Below are positions 19,103 to 28,488 of a DNA stretch of 64,000 nucleotides, one piece after another (position 1 is the stretch's first letter; every line of letters starts with the position of its first letter). This stretch comes from Planctomycetota bacterium (GTDB taxonomy: Bacteria > Planctomycetota > UBA1135 > UBA2386): NCBI GenBank assembly GCA_046290465.1, contig JBKAGP010000001.1:4224001-4288000 (forward strand), given 5' to 3'. The notes below the pieces were generated by a model. It made no database searches and had not been told where the DNA came from. It saw nothing but the letters and a program-made list of their open reading frames with translations. The translations under genes were made by a program, and so were the position numbers.

Positions 19103-20359
19103 ATGGTGCAGTCCACCGGGAGAGTGTGCGCCCTCGTCTTGGCGACCGGCGTCGCGCTGATCTCCGCCCTGCCAGCGCAGAGTCAGCGACAGAAGGCCGG
19201 GACCGATCCGTACACCGGTGGCGACGCCGACGCGATCGCCAGGCTCGGCTACGAGTCGCTCGGCCCGTTCGAACTCGGCACCGGCCACGACACCTTGGCC
19301 GTCGAGAACCTGCTCGGCACCGAGCCGCTGGTGTGGATCGAGACCCGCCACTTCCGGATCGGCTGCGCGCTGTCGCCGCTGCGTCTGCGCGGCCAGCAGG
19401 ACTGGAGCAAGGAGTGGATCAAGAAGGTCAAGGTCGAGCTCGACGAGCTGCGCGAGAAGCTGCCCAAGGGCAAGCTGAAGAAGCGCGTCAAGACGCTCGA
19501 CCCGTGGCTGCGCGCGCACCTGATGGCGCAGCGCCTCGAGAAGCTCTACGCCGAGGTCCGCGACGTGCTCGATCGCGACGACGAGTGGTTCGCCAACGGC
19601 GAGCGCGACCCGCGCAAGGCCGAGGAGTTCGCCGGGCTCGGCCCGTACCTCGGCATGAAGGAGAAGTACACGGTCCTGATGCTGCAGAAGGGCGGCAGCC
19701 TCGCCCGCTACACGCGCCAATACCGCGGCCGTGAGATGGAGCAGCCGATCCGGCACCACGACCAGGCGTTCGGCAGCATGTACTGGGGCTGCAGCCTCGA
19801 GTCGGCCAACAACCTGTTCCAGGGCGACTACGCGCTGCACGCGAGCCTCGCGTTCAACGTCGCGCACAACCTCTACACCGGCTACCGCTGCTTCGGCCAC
19901 GACCTGCCGCCGTGGCTGGTGACCGGCCTCGCGCACTGGCACGCCCGCAACGTCTCGCCGCGCTTCCCGGTCTACGACCGCAAGGACGACGGCGACAAGC
20001 GCGACCGCAGCCCGTTCTGGGACTGGGACGCGCGCGTCAAGGGTCTGATCAAGCACGACGTGTTCGAACCGCTCGGCGACCTGGTCGCGCACGACTCGGC
20101 CGGCTCGTTCGGCATCGAGCAGCACATGCAGGCCTGGGCCGTCGTCGACTACCTGATGGCGAGCAAGCCGAAGCAGTTGGCGAAGTTCGTGCACGATCTC
20201 AAGAGCCCGTTCCACGGTCGCGTGCGTATGCCGACCAAGGAAGAGCTGCAGCAACGGCAGCAGCAGGCGTTCGCCGCCGCGTTCGGCAGCGAGGTCCAGG
20301 CCGTCGACGCCGCCTGGCGCAAGGACGCCAGCAGCAAGAAGAAGAAACGCCGCCGGTAG
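19103..20359 (+). CDS. Secreted hypothetical protein, possibly a degenerate zincin/peptidase-MA-like fold
   Basis: Signal peptide; LPPWLVTGLAHW and QAWAVVDYLM resemble the PxWxxEGxA and Y..AW..V.YL motifs, but HExxH is absent. Confidence 0.6.
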   Translation: MVQSTGRVCALVLATGVALISALPAQSQRQKAGTDPYTGGDADAIARLGYESLGPFELGTGHDTLAVENLLGTEPLVWIETRHFRIGCALSPLRLRGQQDWSKEWIKKVKVELDELREKLPKGKLKKRVKTLDPWLRAHLMAQRLEKLYAEVRDVLDRDDEWFANGERDPRKAEEFAGLGPYLGMKEKYTVLMLQKGGSLARYTRQYRGREMEQPIRHHDQAFGSMYWGCSLESANNLFQGDYALHASLAFNVAHNLYTGYRCFGHDLPPWLVTGLAHWHARNVSPRFPVYDRKDDGDKRDRSPFWDWDARVKGLIKHDVFEPLGDLVAHDSAGSFGIEQHMQAWAVVDYLMASKPKQLAKFVHDLKSPFHGRVRMPTKEELQQRQQQAFAAAFGSEVQAVDAAWRKDASSKKKKRRR

Positions 20360-20425
20360 GTGGCACCCAGCCCGTCTCTCGAACCATCACCCACCCAAGC
20401 CTCGACCGAAGGCAAGGAGCCGAAG

Positions 20426-21475
20426 ATGAACTCGTCCGCAATCACTGTTCGCGCCGCATTCGCCGGCCTGACCCTGACCGCCGCGCTGGCGGCGCAGTGC
20501 CCGTCCTACCAGCCGTTCGTGCCGGCACCGTCCGGCCAGGGCGGTGTCAGCGGTCCCGCTGGCCCGGTCGCCCCCAACCCGACGTCGCCGCGTCCGAGCC
20601 AGCCGTCGACGCCGGCCGCGCCCGCGCCGGCCACGCCGCGCCCGACCGGTGGTCCGACCACCGGTGGCCCGGCCCGTCCGAGCACCCCGCGCGGTCCGGT
20701 CGGCGGGGCCGCTCCCGGCCGCACGGCGCCGCGTGGCTTCCCGATCTCGTTCGAGCGTGGCGCCACGTCGAAGGACCGTCTGAAGGTCGACTGGCTGCAC
20801 CCGGTGCCGCCGAAGGCCGAAGCAGGCGAAGGCACCCGCGCCGCCGGCCCGCTGCCGCTCAACGCGGCGCTGAAGATCCTGTGGGAGAACGACGACGGTC
20901 GGCCGCTGCTGGTGCTGCGCGAGTGCACCAAGTGCGAAGGCACGGACGCCGCGCTGCTCAGCCGTTCGCTCAAGAACGACAAGACCATGCTGCTGACCAA
21001 GTGGTTCCGCACCGTGCGTCTGCCGGCGCACATCACCGAGTACGGCCACCCGTTCCACATGGTGTTCCGCGGCTACCGCACGTTCGACAAGGGCTGGCCG
21101 CACTTCTTCCTGCTCGCGGACAAGGACAGCCGGCCGGTCGTGTTCGACGGCAAGCAGACCCAGTCCAAGCTCTGGAAGGGGATGTACGACGTGCTCGAGG
21201 AGCGCTACGCCAAGAACCCGGAGAAGGCCGTCAAGAAGTGGCTGTCGCTGCTCGACCGCTACGACGCGCTCGACGCGCGCCGCGTGCAGCTGCGCGAGGA
21301 GCTGCTGAAGGTCCGCGCCGAGAAGGGCCCCGACTCGTCGAAGGCGAAGAAGCTCGCCAAGAAGCTCGCCGAGATCGAGAAGGACAAGGAGAAGGTCGCC
21401 GCCGCCGAGAAGAAGGTGCGTGACCTCGGCCTGATGAAGCAGGCCGCCGACAAGAAGAAGGTCGCCGCCAAGTAG
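20426..21475 (+). CDS. Secreted Pro-rich hypothetical protein with a CxxC thioredoxin-like segment
   Basis: SD AAGGAG; signal peptide; Pro/Gly linker; RPLLVLRECTKC; Lys-rich helical C-terminus. Confidence 0.65.
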   Translation: MNSSAITVRAAFAGLTLTAALAAQCPSYQPFVPAPSGQGGVSGPAGPVAPNPTSPRPSQPSTPAAPAPATPRPTGGPTTGGPARPSTPRGPVGGAAPGRTAPRGFPISFERGATSKDRLKVDWLHPVPPKAEAGEGTRAAGPLPLNAALKILWENDDGRPLLVLRECTKCEGTDAALLSRSLKNDKTMLLTKWFRTVRLPAHITEYGHPFHMVFRGYRTFDKGWPHFFLLADKDSRPVVFDGKQTQSKLWKGMYDVLEERYAKNPEKAVKKWLSLLDRYDALDARRVQLREELLKVRAEKGPDSSKAKKLAKKLAEIEKDKEKVAAAEKKVRDLGLMKQAADKKKVAAK

Positions 21476-21499
21476 CGCGCGACCGCGGCGGAGCGGCGG

Positions 21500-22291
21500 T
21501 CAGTCGATCGCCGGCTTCGTCGCGAGCTCGAGGGCCTGCCGCAGGTCCTCGGCCGTGGCGCTCGCGAACGGCCCCTCGTCGACGTAGCAGTAGCGCCCCC
21601 ACATCTCGGCCGCGCCCATCGCGGTCGCGAAGTGCGGCGCCGGCGTCTGCTTGCCGCGCGGCACGATCCACGCGGCGTCCTGCGTCAGCACCACGTTCCA
21701 CGTCGGCGTCAGCCGCGCGTCGGCCAGCCGCAGCAGCGCCTCGGCGCGGCCGTCGACGGGGCCGCGCACCCCGACGATGCAGAACGGCAGGTCCTTCGCA
21801 CACAGCTGGCAGCCGTCGGGCACGTCGATGACGTCGCTGCGCAGCGGCCGTTCGGGCAGTGCGTCGACGAACGGCAGGCGCTCGTCGATCAGGTGGGCGT
21901 GCGCGCGGGCGATCGTCGCCGCGGCGCCGATGTTGTTGAGCAGCACGGTGCCGTCGCTGCGCGCGACCCAGTCCAGCGCCGCCCGCCAGAAGGTCCGGTC
22001 CGGGTCGCGCGCCGGCCGCGCCATCCACAAGATGCGCTGGTTCCTGGCGAACGGGAACTTGTTGGGCGTCAGCGCCAGCGTGTCGCTGCGCCAGTAGGCC
22101 TCCTCGCCGATGATCCGTCCGGCGGGGCTGCGCTGGAACGCCGGCCGGCCCTCGCGATCGTGGCCGGTGCGGTTGCGACGGCCCGGTACCAGCGCCAGGT
22201 GCACGGTGGTGCCGAACAGCGCCAGCGTGCGTTCGGCGGACGGCACGAACGGCACCAGGCTGTCGGGCAGTTCGAGAGGCAGCTGGACCAT
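21500..22291 (-). CDS. HIT/GalT-like nucleotide phosphorylase family protein
   Basis: LTPNKFPF and NNIGAAATIARAHAHL resemble Ap4A/GDP-glucose phosphorylase motifs. Confidence 0.55.
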   Translation of the reverse strand: MVQLPLELPDSLVPFVPSAERTLALFGTTVHLALVPGRRNRTGHDREGRPAFQRSPAGRIIGEEAYWRSDTLALTPNKFPFARNQRILWMARPARDPDRTFWRAALDWVARSDGTVLLNNIGAAATIARAHAHLIDERLPFVDALPERPLRSDVIDVPDGCQLCAKDLPFCIVGVRGPVDGRAEALLRLADARLTPTWNVVLTQDAAWIVPRGKQTPAPHFATAMGAAEMWGRYCYVDEGPFASATAEDLRQALELATKPAID

Positions 22292-22432
22292 GGGGTTGCG
22301 GATGTACCGCCGCGGGCCGCCCCGCTCAACCTCGGCGACGCCGACGGATTTGCTCCCGCTGCGCCGCGCCGCTACCTTCGTCGTCCTCGCACGCCCTTGT
22401 GGCCCCATTTCCGACTCTCCACGGTTCGAACC

Positions 22433-23365
22433 TTGCGCATCGTTTTCTTCGGTACCGGTGACTTCGCGATCCCCTCGCTGAAGGCCCTCAAGGAAGGCGG
22501 CTTCGCCCCCGAGCTCGTCGTCACCAAGCCCGACGCGCCTCGCGGTCGCGGCCGCAAGATCTACGACGCCGAAGTGAAGCTCGCGGCCAACGACCTCGAG
22601 CTGCCCTGCGCGCAGCCGGTCGACCCGCACTCGCCCGAGTTCGTCGAGCAGATCCAGCGCATCAAGCCGGACATCGGCGTGGTGATCAGCTACGGCGTGA
22701 TCCTCAAGCCCGAGCTGCTCGGCATCCCCGAGCACGGCATGATCAACGCGCACGCGTCGCTGCTGCCGCTCTACCGCGGCGCCGCGCCGATCCAGCGCTG
22801 CATCCGCGACGGCCACAAGGAGACCGGCATCACGGTGATGAAGATCACCGACCAGCTCGACGCCGGCGACGTCATGCTGGTCGAGAAGACCGAGATCGGG
22901 GACACCGAGAACGCCGGCCAGCTGCGCGCGCGGCTCGCCGAGCTGTCCGGCAAGGCGCTGGTCGACGCGCTCACCCAGGTGAAGGACGGCAAGGCGACGT
23001 TCACGCCGCAGGACCACGGCAAGGCCACCTACGCGCCCAAGGTCGAGAAGGAGCACGGCGTCATCGACTGGACCTTGCCGGCGGTCGAGGTCGACCTGCT
23101 GGTGCGCGCGATGACGCCCAAGCCGGGCGCGCAGACGCGGCTCGGCAACAAGCGCTTCATCGTCATGGAGGGCACCGTCGAGCAGGACCTCTACGGCATG
23201 GGCATCCCCGGCGGCCTGCAGTCGTCCGGCGAGGAAGGCATCCGCGTCTGCACCGGCAAGGACCTGTTCCGCATCACCCGCATCAAGCCGGACAACGGCC
23301 GCAACATGACGGCCGGCGAGTTCGTTCGCGGCCACCACATCGCGCCCGACGCGCGGTTCGGCTAA
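22433..23365 (+). CDS. fmt: Methionyl-tRNA formyltransferase
   Basis: TTG start, RIVFFGTGDFA, VVTKPD..RGRG, INAHASLLPLYRGAAPIQ and LDAGD motifs. Confidence 0.95.
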   Translation: MRIVFFGTGDFAIPSLKALKEGGFAPELVVTKPDAPRGRGRKIYDAEVKLAANDLELPCAQPVDPHSPEFVEQIQRIKPDIGVVISYGVILKPELLGIPEHGMINAHASLLPLYRGAAPIQRCIRDGHKETGITVMKITDQLDAGDVMLVEKTEIGDTENAGQLRARLAELSGKALVDALTQVKDGKATFTPQDHGKATYAPKVEKEHGVIDWTLPAVEVDLLVRAMTPKPGAQTRLGNKRFIVMEGTVEQDLYGMGIPGGLQSSGEEGIRVCTGKDLFRITRIKPDNGRNMTAGEFVRGHHIAPDARFG

Positions 23366-23368
23366 CGC

Positions 23369-24676
23369 TTGGTCAGCGCGCGGGGACTGGCGCTGCACGC
23401 GCTGGTGGCGTTGCACAAGGGCCGGCGCGACCGGCTGCGCTCCGAGCTCGAGGGGCGCGGTCTCGAAGGCCGCGACCTCGCGTTCGCGTTCGAGCTGGCG
23501 CACGGCGTGGTGCGCCGCGAACGGCTGCTCGACCACGTGCTGCAGGGCTTCGCCCATCGCGGCCTGCCCAAGGACCCGCCGCTGCGGATCGCGCTGCGCC
23601 TGGGCGTCTACCAGCTGCTGTTCGTGCCGGGCATGCCGTCGCACGCCGCGGTGCACGAGACCGTCGAGCTGGTGCGGCAGAACAAGGGCTTTGCCAACGC
23701 GATGCTGCGGCACGTCGCCGGCGCCGTGCGCGACGTCGCGGCCGACCCGTCGCGACCGCGCCGCGAGCTGGCGCTGGCGCCCGAGCGTTCGTTCGAGCTG
23801 CCGCGCATGCTGCCCAAGGACGAGGTCGAACGGCTGGCCGTGGTGCACTCGCTGCCCGATTGGCTGGCGCTGCGCTTCGGGGAGCAGCACGGCCTCGACG
23901 GGCTGCGCCGGATCGCCGCGGCGGCGAGCGCGACGCCGGGCATCTACCTGCGCGCGGGCGTCGACGTGTCGCTCGAGACGCTGCGCGCCGAGCTCGAGGC
24001 CCACGAGGTCGAGGTCGAGCCGACCGGCCACGCGCGGTTGCTGCGCTGGTCCGGCGGTGCGTCGCCGTTCGGCACGCCGCCGTTCCGGGTGGGCCGCTTC
24101 GTCGTGCAGGACCCGACCGCCGTGGCCGCGGCGGCCGCCGTGCCGTGCCGCGCCGGCGACACGGTCATCGACCTGTGCGCGGCGCCGGGGACCAAGACGA
24201 CGTTCCTGGCCGAGCGGGTCGGTCCCGGCGGCAAGGTGCTGGCCTACGATCCCGACCAGAAGCGGCGCGCGCGGATCACCGACAACGTCGAACGGCTGCG
24301 GCTCGAGCAGGTGGTCGAGGTGGTCGCGGATGCCGGTCCGCTGCAGCCGGCCGACTGCGTGCTCGCCGACGTGCCGTGCTCCAACAGCGGCGTGCTCGGC
24401 CGCCGCGTCGAGGTGCGCGGCCGGCTGACGCCCGAGACGTTCGACGAGCTGCCGCGGCTGCAGCGCGAGATCCTCGAGCATGCGATCGGCCTGACCCGGC
24501 CCGGCGGCCACGTCGTCTACTCCACCTGCTCGATCGACCGCGAAGAGAACGAGGCGGTCGTTACCGCGGCGCAGCAGGATCACGACGGCCTCGAGCTGGT
24601 CGACAGCCAGCTGACCCTGCCGCAGGCGGGGGCCCACGACGGCGGCTACTTCGCCGTGCTGCGCCGGGCCCGGTGA
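23369..24676 (+). CDS. rsmB: 16S rRNA m5C967 methyltransferase RsmB/Sun
   Basis: NusB-like N-terminus (LRLGVYQL, AVHETV); DLCAAPGTKT, DVPCSNSG and VYSTCSI motifs; adjacent to fmt. Confidence 0.92.
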   Translation: MVSARGLALHALVALHKGRRDRLRSELEGRGLEGRDLAFAFELAHGVVRRERLLDHVLQGFAHRGLPKDPPLRIALRLGVYQLLFVPGMPSHAAVHETVELVRQNKGFANAMLRHVAGAVRDVAADPSRPRRELALAPERSFELPRMLPKDEVERLAVVHSLPDWLALRFGEQHGLDGLRRIAAAASATPGIYLRAGVDVSLETLRAELEAHEVEVEPTGHARLLRWSGGASPFGTPPFRVGRFVVQDPTAVAAAAAVPCRAGDTVIDLCAAPGTKTTFLAERVGPGGKVLAYDPDQKRRARITDNVERLRLEQVVEVVADAGPLQPADCVLADVPCSNSGVLGRRVEVRGRLTPETFDELPRLQREILEHAIGLTRPGGHVVYSTCSIDREENEAVVTAAQQDHDGLELVDSQLTLPQAGAHDGGYFAVLRRAR

Positions 24677-24736
24677 GCGGCGGCCGCCGCCACGGGGTGG
24701 GGAGATGCGGTCCGATCGGATAGAACGGTCGCCCCC

Positions 24737-25321
24737 ATGGCTTCGCGAACCCCCTCTCGCCGTAGCTCCGGCTCGTCCCGCCGGCGCGCGTCCTCTTCCT
24801 CCAGCAACAACCAGATGCCGCTGATCCTCGGCGGCGTCGGCGCCCTCGTCCTGGTCGTGGTGCTCGTCATGCTCAACAGCAAGTCGGGCGACGACGACAA
24901 GGACACCGGCGACGGCCAGACCCAGCAGCAGCCCGCCAAGCAGCCGGCCAGGCTGGTCGGCCCGAAGACCGAGCTCAAGATGGGTTCGGCCAAGGCCGGC
25001 AAGACGCCGGACCGCCCGGCGCCGACGCTGACGCAGGAGATGCTGCAGAAGGCGGCCGGGGTGATCCAGGAGGCCAAGGTGCTCAACAACGAGGGCGTCC
25101 GCCTGCGCAGCGCCGGCGACAACCAGGGTTCGCGCGCCAAGAACTCCGAGGCCAAGAGCAAGCTCGACCAGGTCAAGGAGATGCTCGACGCGCCACTGAC
25201 CTGGCAGGAGGAGGCCGACCTCGAAGGCTGGTCGATGCCCGCCGAGTACTCCGCGCTCGGCAACCTCTACGGCGAGCTGTCCAAGCTCGAGAAGCGCATC
25301 CGCATGGGCGGCGGCAAGTAG
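24737..25321 (+). CDS. Hypothetical single-pass membrane protein
   Basis: Basic N-terminus, one TM segment, helical C-terminal domain; strong host-like codon bias. Confidence 0.75.
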   Translation: MASRTPSRRSSGSSRRRASSSSSNNQMPLILGGVGALVLVVVLVMLNSKSGDDDKDTGDGQTQQQPAKQPARLVGPKTELKMGSAKAGKTPDRPAPTLTQEMLQKAAGVIQEAKVLNNEGVRLRSAGDNQGSRAKNSEAKSKLDQVKEMLDAPLTWQEEADLEGWSMPAEYSALGNLYGELSKLEKRIRMGGGK

Positions 25322-25338
25322 GCCGCCCCGGTCGCCCG

Positions 25339-26172
25339 ATGCTGCTCGGCTACCACACCAACGGCCTGCAGAACCACCGGCTCGACGACGCGTTCGAGCT
25401 GCTCGCGCGGCACGGCTACGGTGCGGTCGCGATCACGCCGGACACCTGCCACCTCGATCCCGACGTTACCGACGACGCCGAACTGGATCGGGTGCGCGCC
25501 CGGCTCGACGAGCTGTCGCTGCAGCCCGTGCTCGAGACCGGCGCCCGCTTCCTGCTCGATCCGGCGACCAAGCACGAGCCGACGCTGATGACGCGCGACC
25601 CGGCCGGGCGCGCGCGGCGGGTGGCGTTCTACCGGCGGGTGGCCGCGATGGGGCGACGGCTCGGCGCCGAGGTGGTGTCGTTCTGGGCCGGGATCGACCG
25701 GTCGCCCGGAGCCGACAGCGCCGACTGGCTGCGCAGCGGTGTCGCGGCCGCGTGCGAGGCGATCCGCGCCGAGGGCATGCGACCTTCGTTCGAGCCGGAG
25801 CCCGGCATGGCGGTCGAGACGTTCGCCGACTACCTGCAGCTGCGGCGGGACCTAGGCGACCAGGCCCCCGAGCTGACGCTCGACATCGGGCATCTGTACG
25901 CGGTGTGGGAGGGCGAGCCGGACAAAGTGATCGCCGAGGCTGCACCGTTTCTGGCCCAGGTTCACCTGGAGGATCATCGGCGCGGCGTACACGAGCACCT
26001 GCTGCCGGGGGACGGGGAAGTGGACTTCGAGAACGTGCTAAGCGCATTGAGAAAATGTGCTTACATCGGTCCGGTCTGCTTTGAGCTGTCCCGCCAGAGC
26101 CACTGCGCCCCATCCGCTGTCACCGTATGTCGGGAGCTCTGGGACCGGCACGTCGGGCCATCGCGTCGTTGA
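25339..26172 (+). CDS. Sugar phosphate isomerase/epimerase (xylose isomerase-like TIM barrel)
   Basis: FEPEPG, LDIGH, VHLED, HEHL.PGDGEVDF and FEL metal-binding motifs. Confidence 0.85.
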   Translation: MLLGYHTNGLQNHRLDDAFELLARHGYGAVAITPDTCHLDPDVTDDAELDRVRARLDELSLQPVLETGARFLLDPATKHEPTLMTRDPAGRARRVAFYRRVAAMGRRLGAEVVSFWAGIDRSPGADSADWLRSGVAAACEAIRAEGMRPSFEPEPGMAVETFADYLQLRRDLGDQAPELTLDIGHLYAVWEGEPDKVIAEAAPFLAQVHLEDHRRGVHEHLLPGDGEVDFENVLSALRKCAYIGPVCFELSRQSHCAPSAVTVCRELWDRHVGPSRR

Positions 26173-26246
26173 CGAGCGTGCGGCCCGGTCTAGTCTACCG
26201 GCTTCGCCGCAGTCCCAGCTGCGGCCATCCGTCCCACACCCAACGC

Positions 26247-26513
26247 ATGAGACTCTGCCCCTCCGTCGATGGCTCTGCTTCGCCGCTGATCACGCACCGG
26301 ATCGGAACCGACGTGTGTCTCTCCCGCCAGGCCGGGAACTTCCACAAGTGCCACCGCTGCATCTACCGCGGCCAGGCCGCCGACTGGCAGCCCGCCGACG
26401 AGGTGTCGTTCGGTGGCAACCAGGCCGAGGACCCGAGCCCGCGCGACGTGAAGAAGGTCGTCATCCCGCGACCGGAGCCGCAGGAAGACAAGCGCGTCGC
26501 CGCGAACGGCTGA
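26247..26513 (+). CDS. Small Cys-rich hypothetical protein
   Basis: MRLCP...VCLSRQ..NFHKCHRCIY, four Cys; host-like codon usage. Confidence 0.55.
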   Translation: MRLCPSVDGSASPLITHRIGTDVCLSRQAGNFHKCHRCIYRGQAADWQPADEVSFGGNQAEDPSPRDVKKVVIPRPEPQEDKRVAANG

Positions 26514-26532
26514 GTCCGCGGCCCCCGGTCCT

Positions 26533-26554
26533 GCTACCCCCTGGTCCGGGTAGC
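26533..26554. terminator. Hairpin between convergent genes
   Basis: gctaccc-N8-gggtagc 7-bp stem; no U-tract. Confidence 0.35.
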
Positions 26555-26592
26555 TAGTCCTGGTACCTAGTTCTGGTACCTAGTCCTGGTAC
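26554..26592. repeat. 13-bp tandem repeat x3 spanning the Hpt gene stop codon
   Basis: ctagtcctggtac / ctagttctggtac / ctagtcctggtac; the stop is the cta at 26580-26582. Confidence 0.92.
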
Positions 26593-26942
26593 TGGGCCAG
26601 GACCCTCCTGAGCGCTTCTTCGGCGGCCGCGTAGTGCTCGGCCAGCTGCGGCGCCAGCTGCTTCGACTCGTCCATCTGCTGGTTGCGGGTCGAGATCTGC
26701 AGCTTCTCGCAGACGTCCTGCACGAGGTGGGCTCCCAGGTTGCCGCTCGAGCCTTTCAGCGAGTGCGCCGCGCGCTCCGCCTTCTCGAAGTCGCCGTTGT
26801 CCAGGCCTTCCTGCACCGCGGCGACCTTCGACGGGCTGTCGTCGAGGAACATCTGGATCAGGTCCAGCAGCAGCTCCGGGTCGCCGTCGTCGGCGAACGA
26901 GAGCAGTTCGTCCAATACTGTCTGATCCAGAACGTCGTGCAT
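26580..26942 (-). CDS. Stand-alone histidine phosphotransfer (Hpt) protein
   Basis: AAHSLKGSSGNLGA motif; purine-rich SD upstream. Confidence 0.92.
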   Translation of the reverse strand: MHDVLDQTVLDELLSFADDGDPELLLDLIQMFLDDSPSKVAAVQEGLDNGDFEKAERAAHSLKGSSGNLGAHLVQDVCEKLQISTRNQQMDESKQLAPQLAEHYAAAEEALRRVLAQYQD

Positions 26943-27117
26943 GGGTCCCCTCTCCCTCCAGGATCGACCCATCCGCGCCCGAACTTGATCCCGCAACAAG
27001 ACTCCTCCCCCGCCAAAGTAGCCGTACGGTACGCGGTTCATCCTCCAACTTTCGCCGCGCGTCGCGCGGCGAGTTGAGCGATGACCAGTCCGAGCCGCCT
27101 TCGCTGGTAGTGGGGGG

Positions 27118-28338
27118 TCAGGCGGTGGCGGCGGCGCGGACTTCGTCGTCGGTGAGCAGGCGCTTGCTCGACTTGCCGGCCTCGAGGACCTTGGCGACGA
27201 CCTCGTCGGTGGGCTCGATGCCGAGGCGTTCGAGCACGAACGCGGCGTTCGAACGGCCGGCCATCGGGCCGACGGCGATCTTCTGCTCGAGCCCGACCAT
27301 GTGCGCCGGCACGCCCGAGTAGACCGAATCGGCCAGCTCGGTGTCGCCCTTCCGGAACGCCTTGATCACCGCCGCGGCGTGCACGCCGGTGCCGGTCTCG
27401 AACGCGTCCTGGCCGAGCACCGGGTAGTTGTGCGGGATCTCGACCTCGAGCGCCTTCGACGCGGCCTCGACGTAGCCCGGCAGCGTGGTCAGGTCGTTGT
27501 CGATCCAGCCCAGCAGCTTGCAGTTGACCAGCAGCTGGTCCATCGGTGCGTTGCCGGCGCGTTCGCCGACGCCCAGCGCGGTGCCGTGCACGCGGTCGGC
27601 GCCGGCTTCGATCGCGGCCAGGCAGTTGGCGATGCCGAGGTCGCGGTCCCGGTGGCCGTGCCAGTCGACGCCGATCGTCGTGTCGTGCTCGTCGGCCAGC
27701 TCGCGGACGAACCTGACCACCGCCGCCGCGCCAGCCGGCGTCGCATGGCCGACGGTGTCGCAGACGCACAGGCGCCGCGCGCCGAGCTCGATCGCCGTCG
27801 AATACAGCGCCCGCACGGTATCGGGCATCGCACGGGTCGTGTCCTCGGTGACGTACATGACCGGCAGGTCGTGGTCCCGCGCAAACGTCAGCGCGTCGCG
27901 CGTGTTCTGCAGCATGCGCTCGAGGGTCCAGTCCTCGGCGTATTGACGGATGTAGCTGCTGCCGATGAACGCACACACCTCGATCGGGATGCCGGCCTTC
28001 TGGGTCATCTCGACGACCGGCTCGATGTCGCTGACGACGGTGCGGCAGGCGACGTTGACGCCGATCTTCAGCTTGTTGTCGGCGATGTGCCGGGCGAGCT
28101 TCAGGATGTCCTCGCGCGGGCGGCCGCCGGCGCCGGGCAGGCCGACGTTGGCGGTGTGGATGCCCAGCTTGTCCATGCGCTCGATCAGGTCGATCTTGAG
28201 GTCGAGCGTGGGGTCGCTGACGGCCGGCGACTGCAGGCCGTCACGCAGGGTTTCGTCGTCGAATTGCAGCGGACGGCTCGGCTTGAAGCTGCCGTCGGTC
28301 TGGTTCCAGTCGTGGATGAGGTCCGCGATGCGCGTCAT
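27118..28338 (-). CDS. leuA: 2-isopropylmalate synthase-like (DRE-TIM) enzyme, short form
   Basis: DETLRDGLQ, CDTVG, HGHRDRDLGIAN and GVGERAGN motifs; no C-terminal regulatory domain. Confidence 0.8.
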   Translation of the reverse strand: MTRIADLIHDWNQTDGSFKPSRPLQFDDETLRDGLQSPAVSDPTLDLKIDLIERMDKLGIHTANVGLPGAGGRPREDILKLARHIADNKLKIGVNVACRTVVSDIEPVVEMTQKAGIPIEVCAFIGSSYIRQYAEDWTLERMLQNTRDALTFARDHDLPVMYVTEDTTRAMPDTVRALYSTAIELGARRLCVCDTVGHATPAGAAAVVRFVRELADEHDTTIGVDWHGHRDRDLGIANCLAAIEAGADRVHGTALGVGERAGNAPMDQLLVNCKLLGWIDNDLTTLPGYVEAASKALEVEIPHNYPVLGQDAFETGTGVHAAAVIKAFRKGDTELADSVYSGVPAHMVGLEQKIAVGPMAGRSNAAFVLERLGIEPTDEVVAKVLEAGKSSKRLLTDDEVRAAATA

Positions 28339-28488
28339 GGGGCGAACATTATGCCGTATGGTCGGGGCTCCGAACCCCTCGAAAGGAGATCTTGGCGCTG
28401 GCCTGACGACCCCAGCGAGCGCGGTCGTCGGTTCGCCGACGCAGCCGCTGAGCTGGCCCCGGCCGCCGCGCGCCTGCATGATCCGGGC

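Noticed and set aside
21500..24637. 1045-aa fusion ORF; likewise 27118-29778, 27301-29805, 39658-41610 and 43645-45600 as single long proteins
   Set aside because: Only the 3' parts are protein-like; the extensions overlap well-supported genes on another strand or frame.
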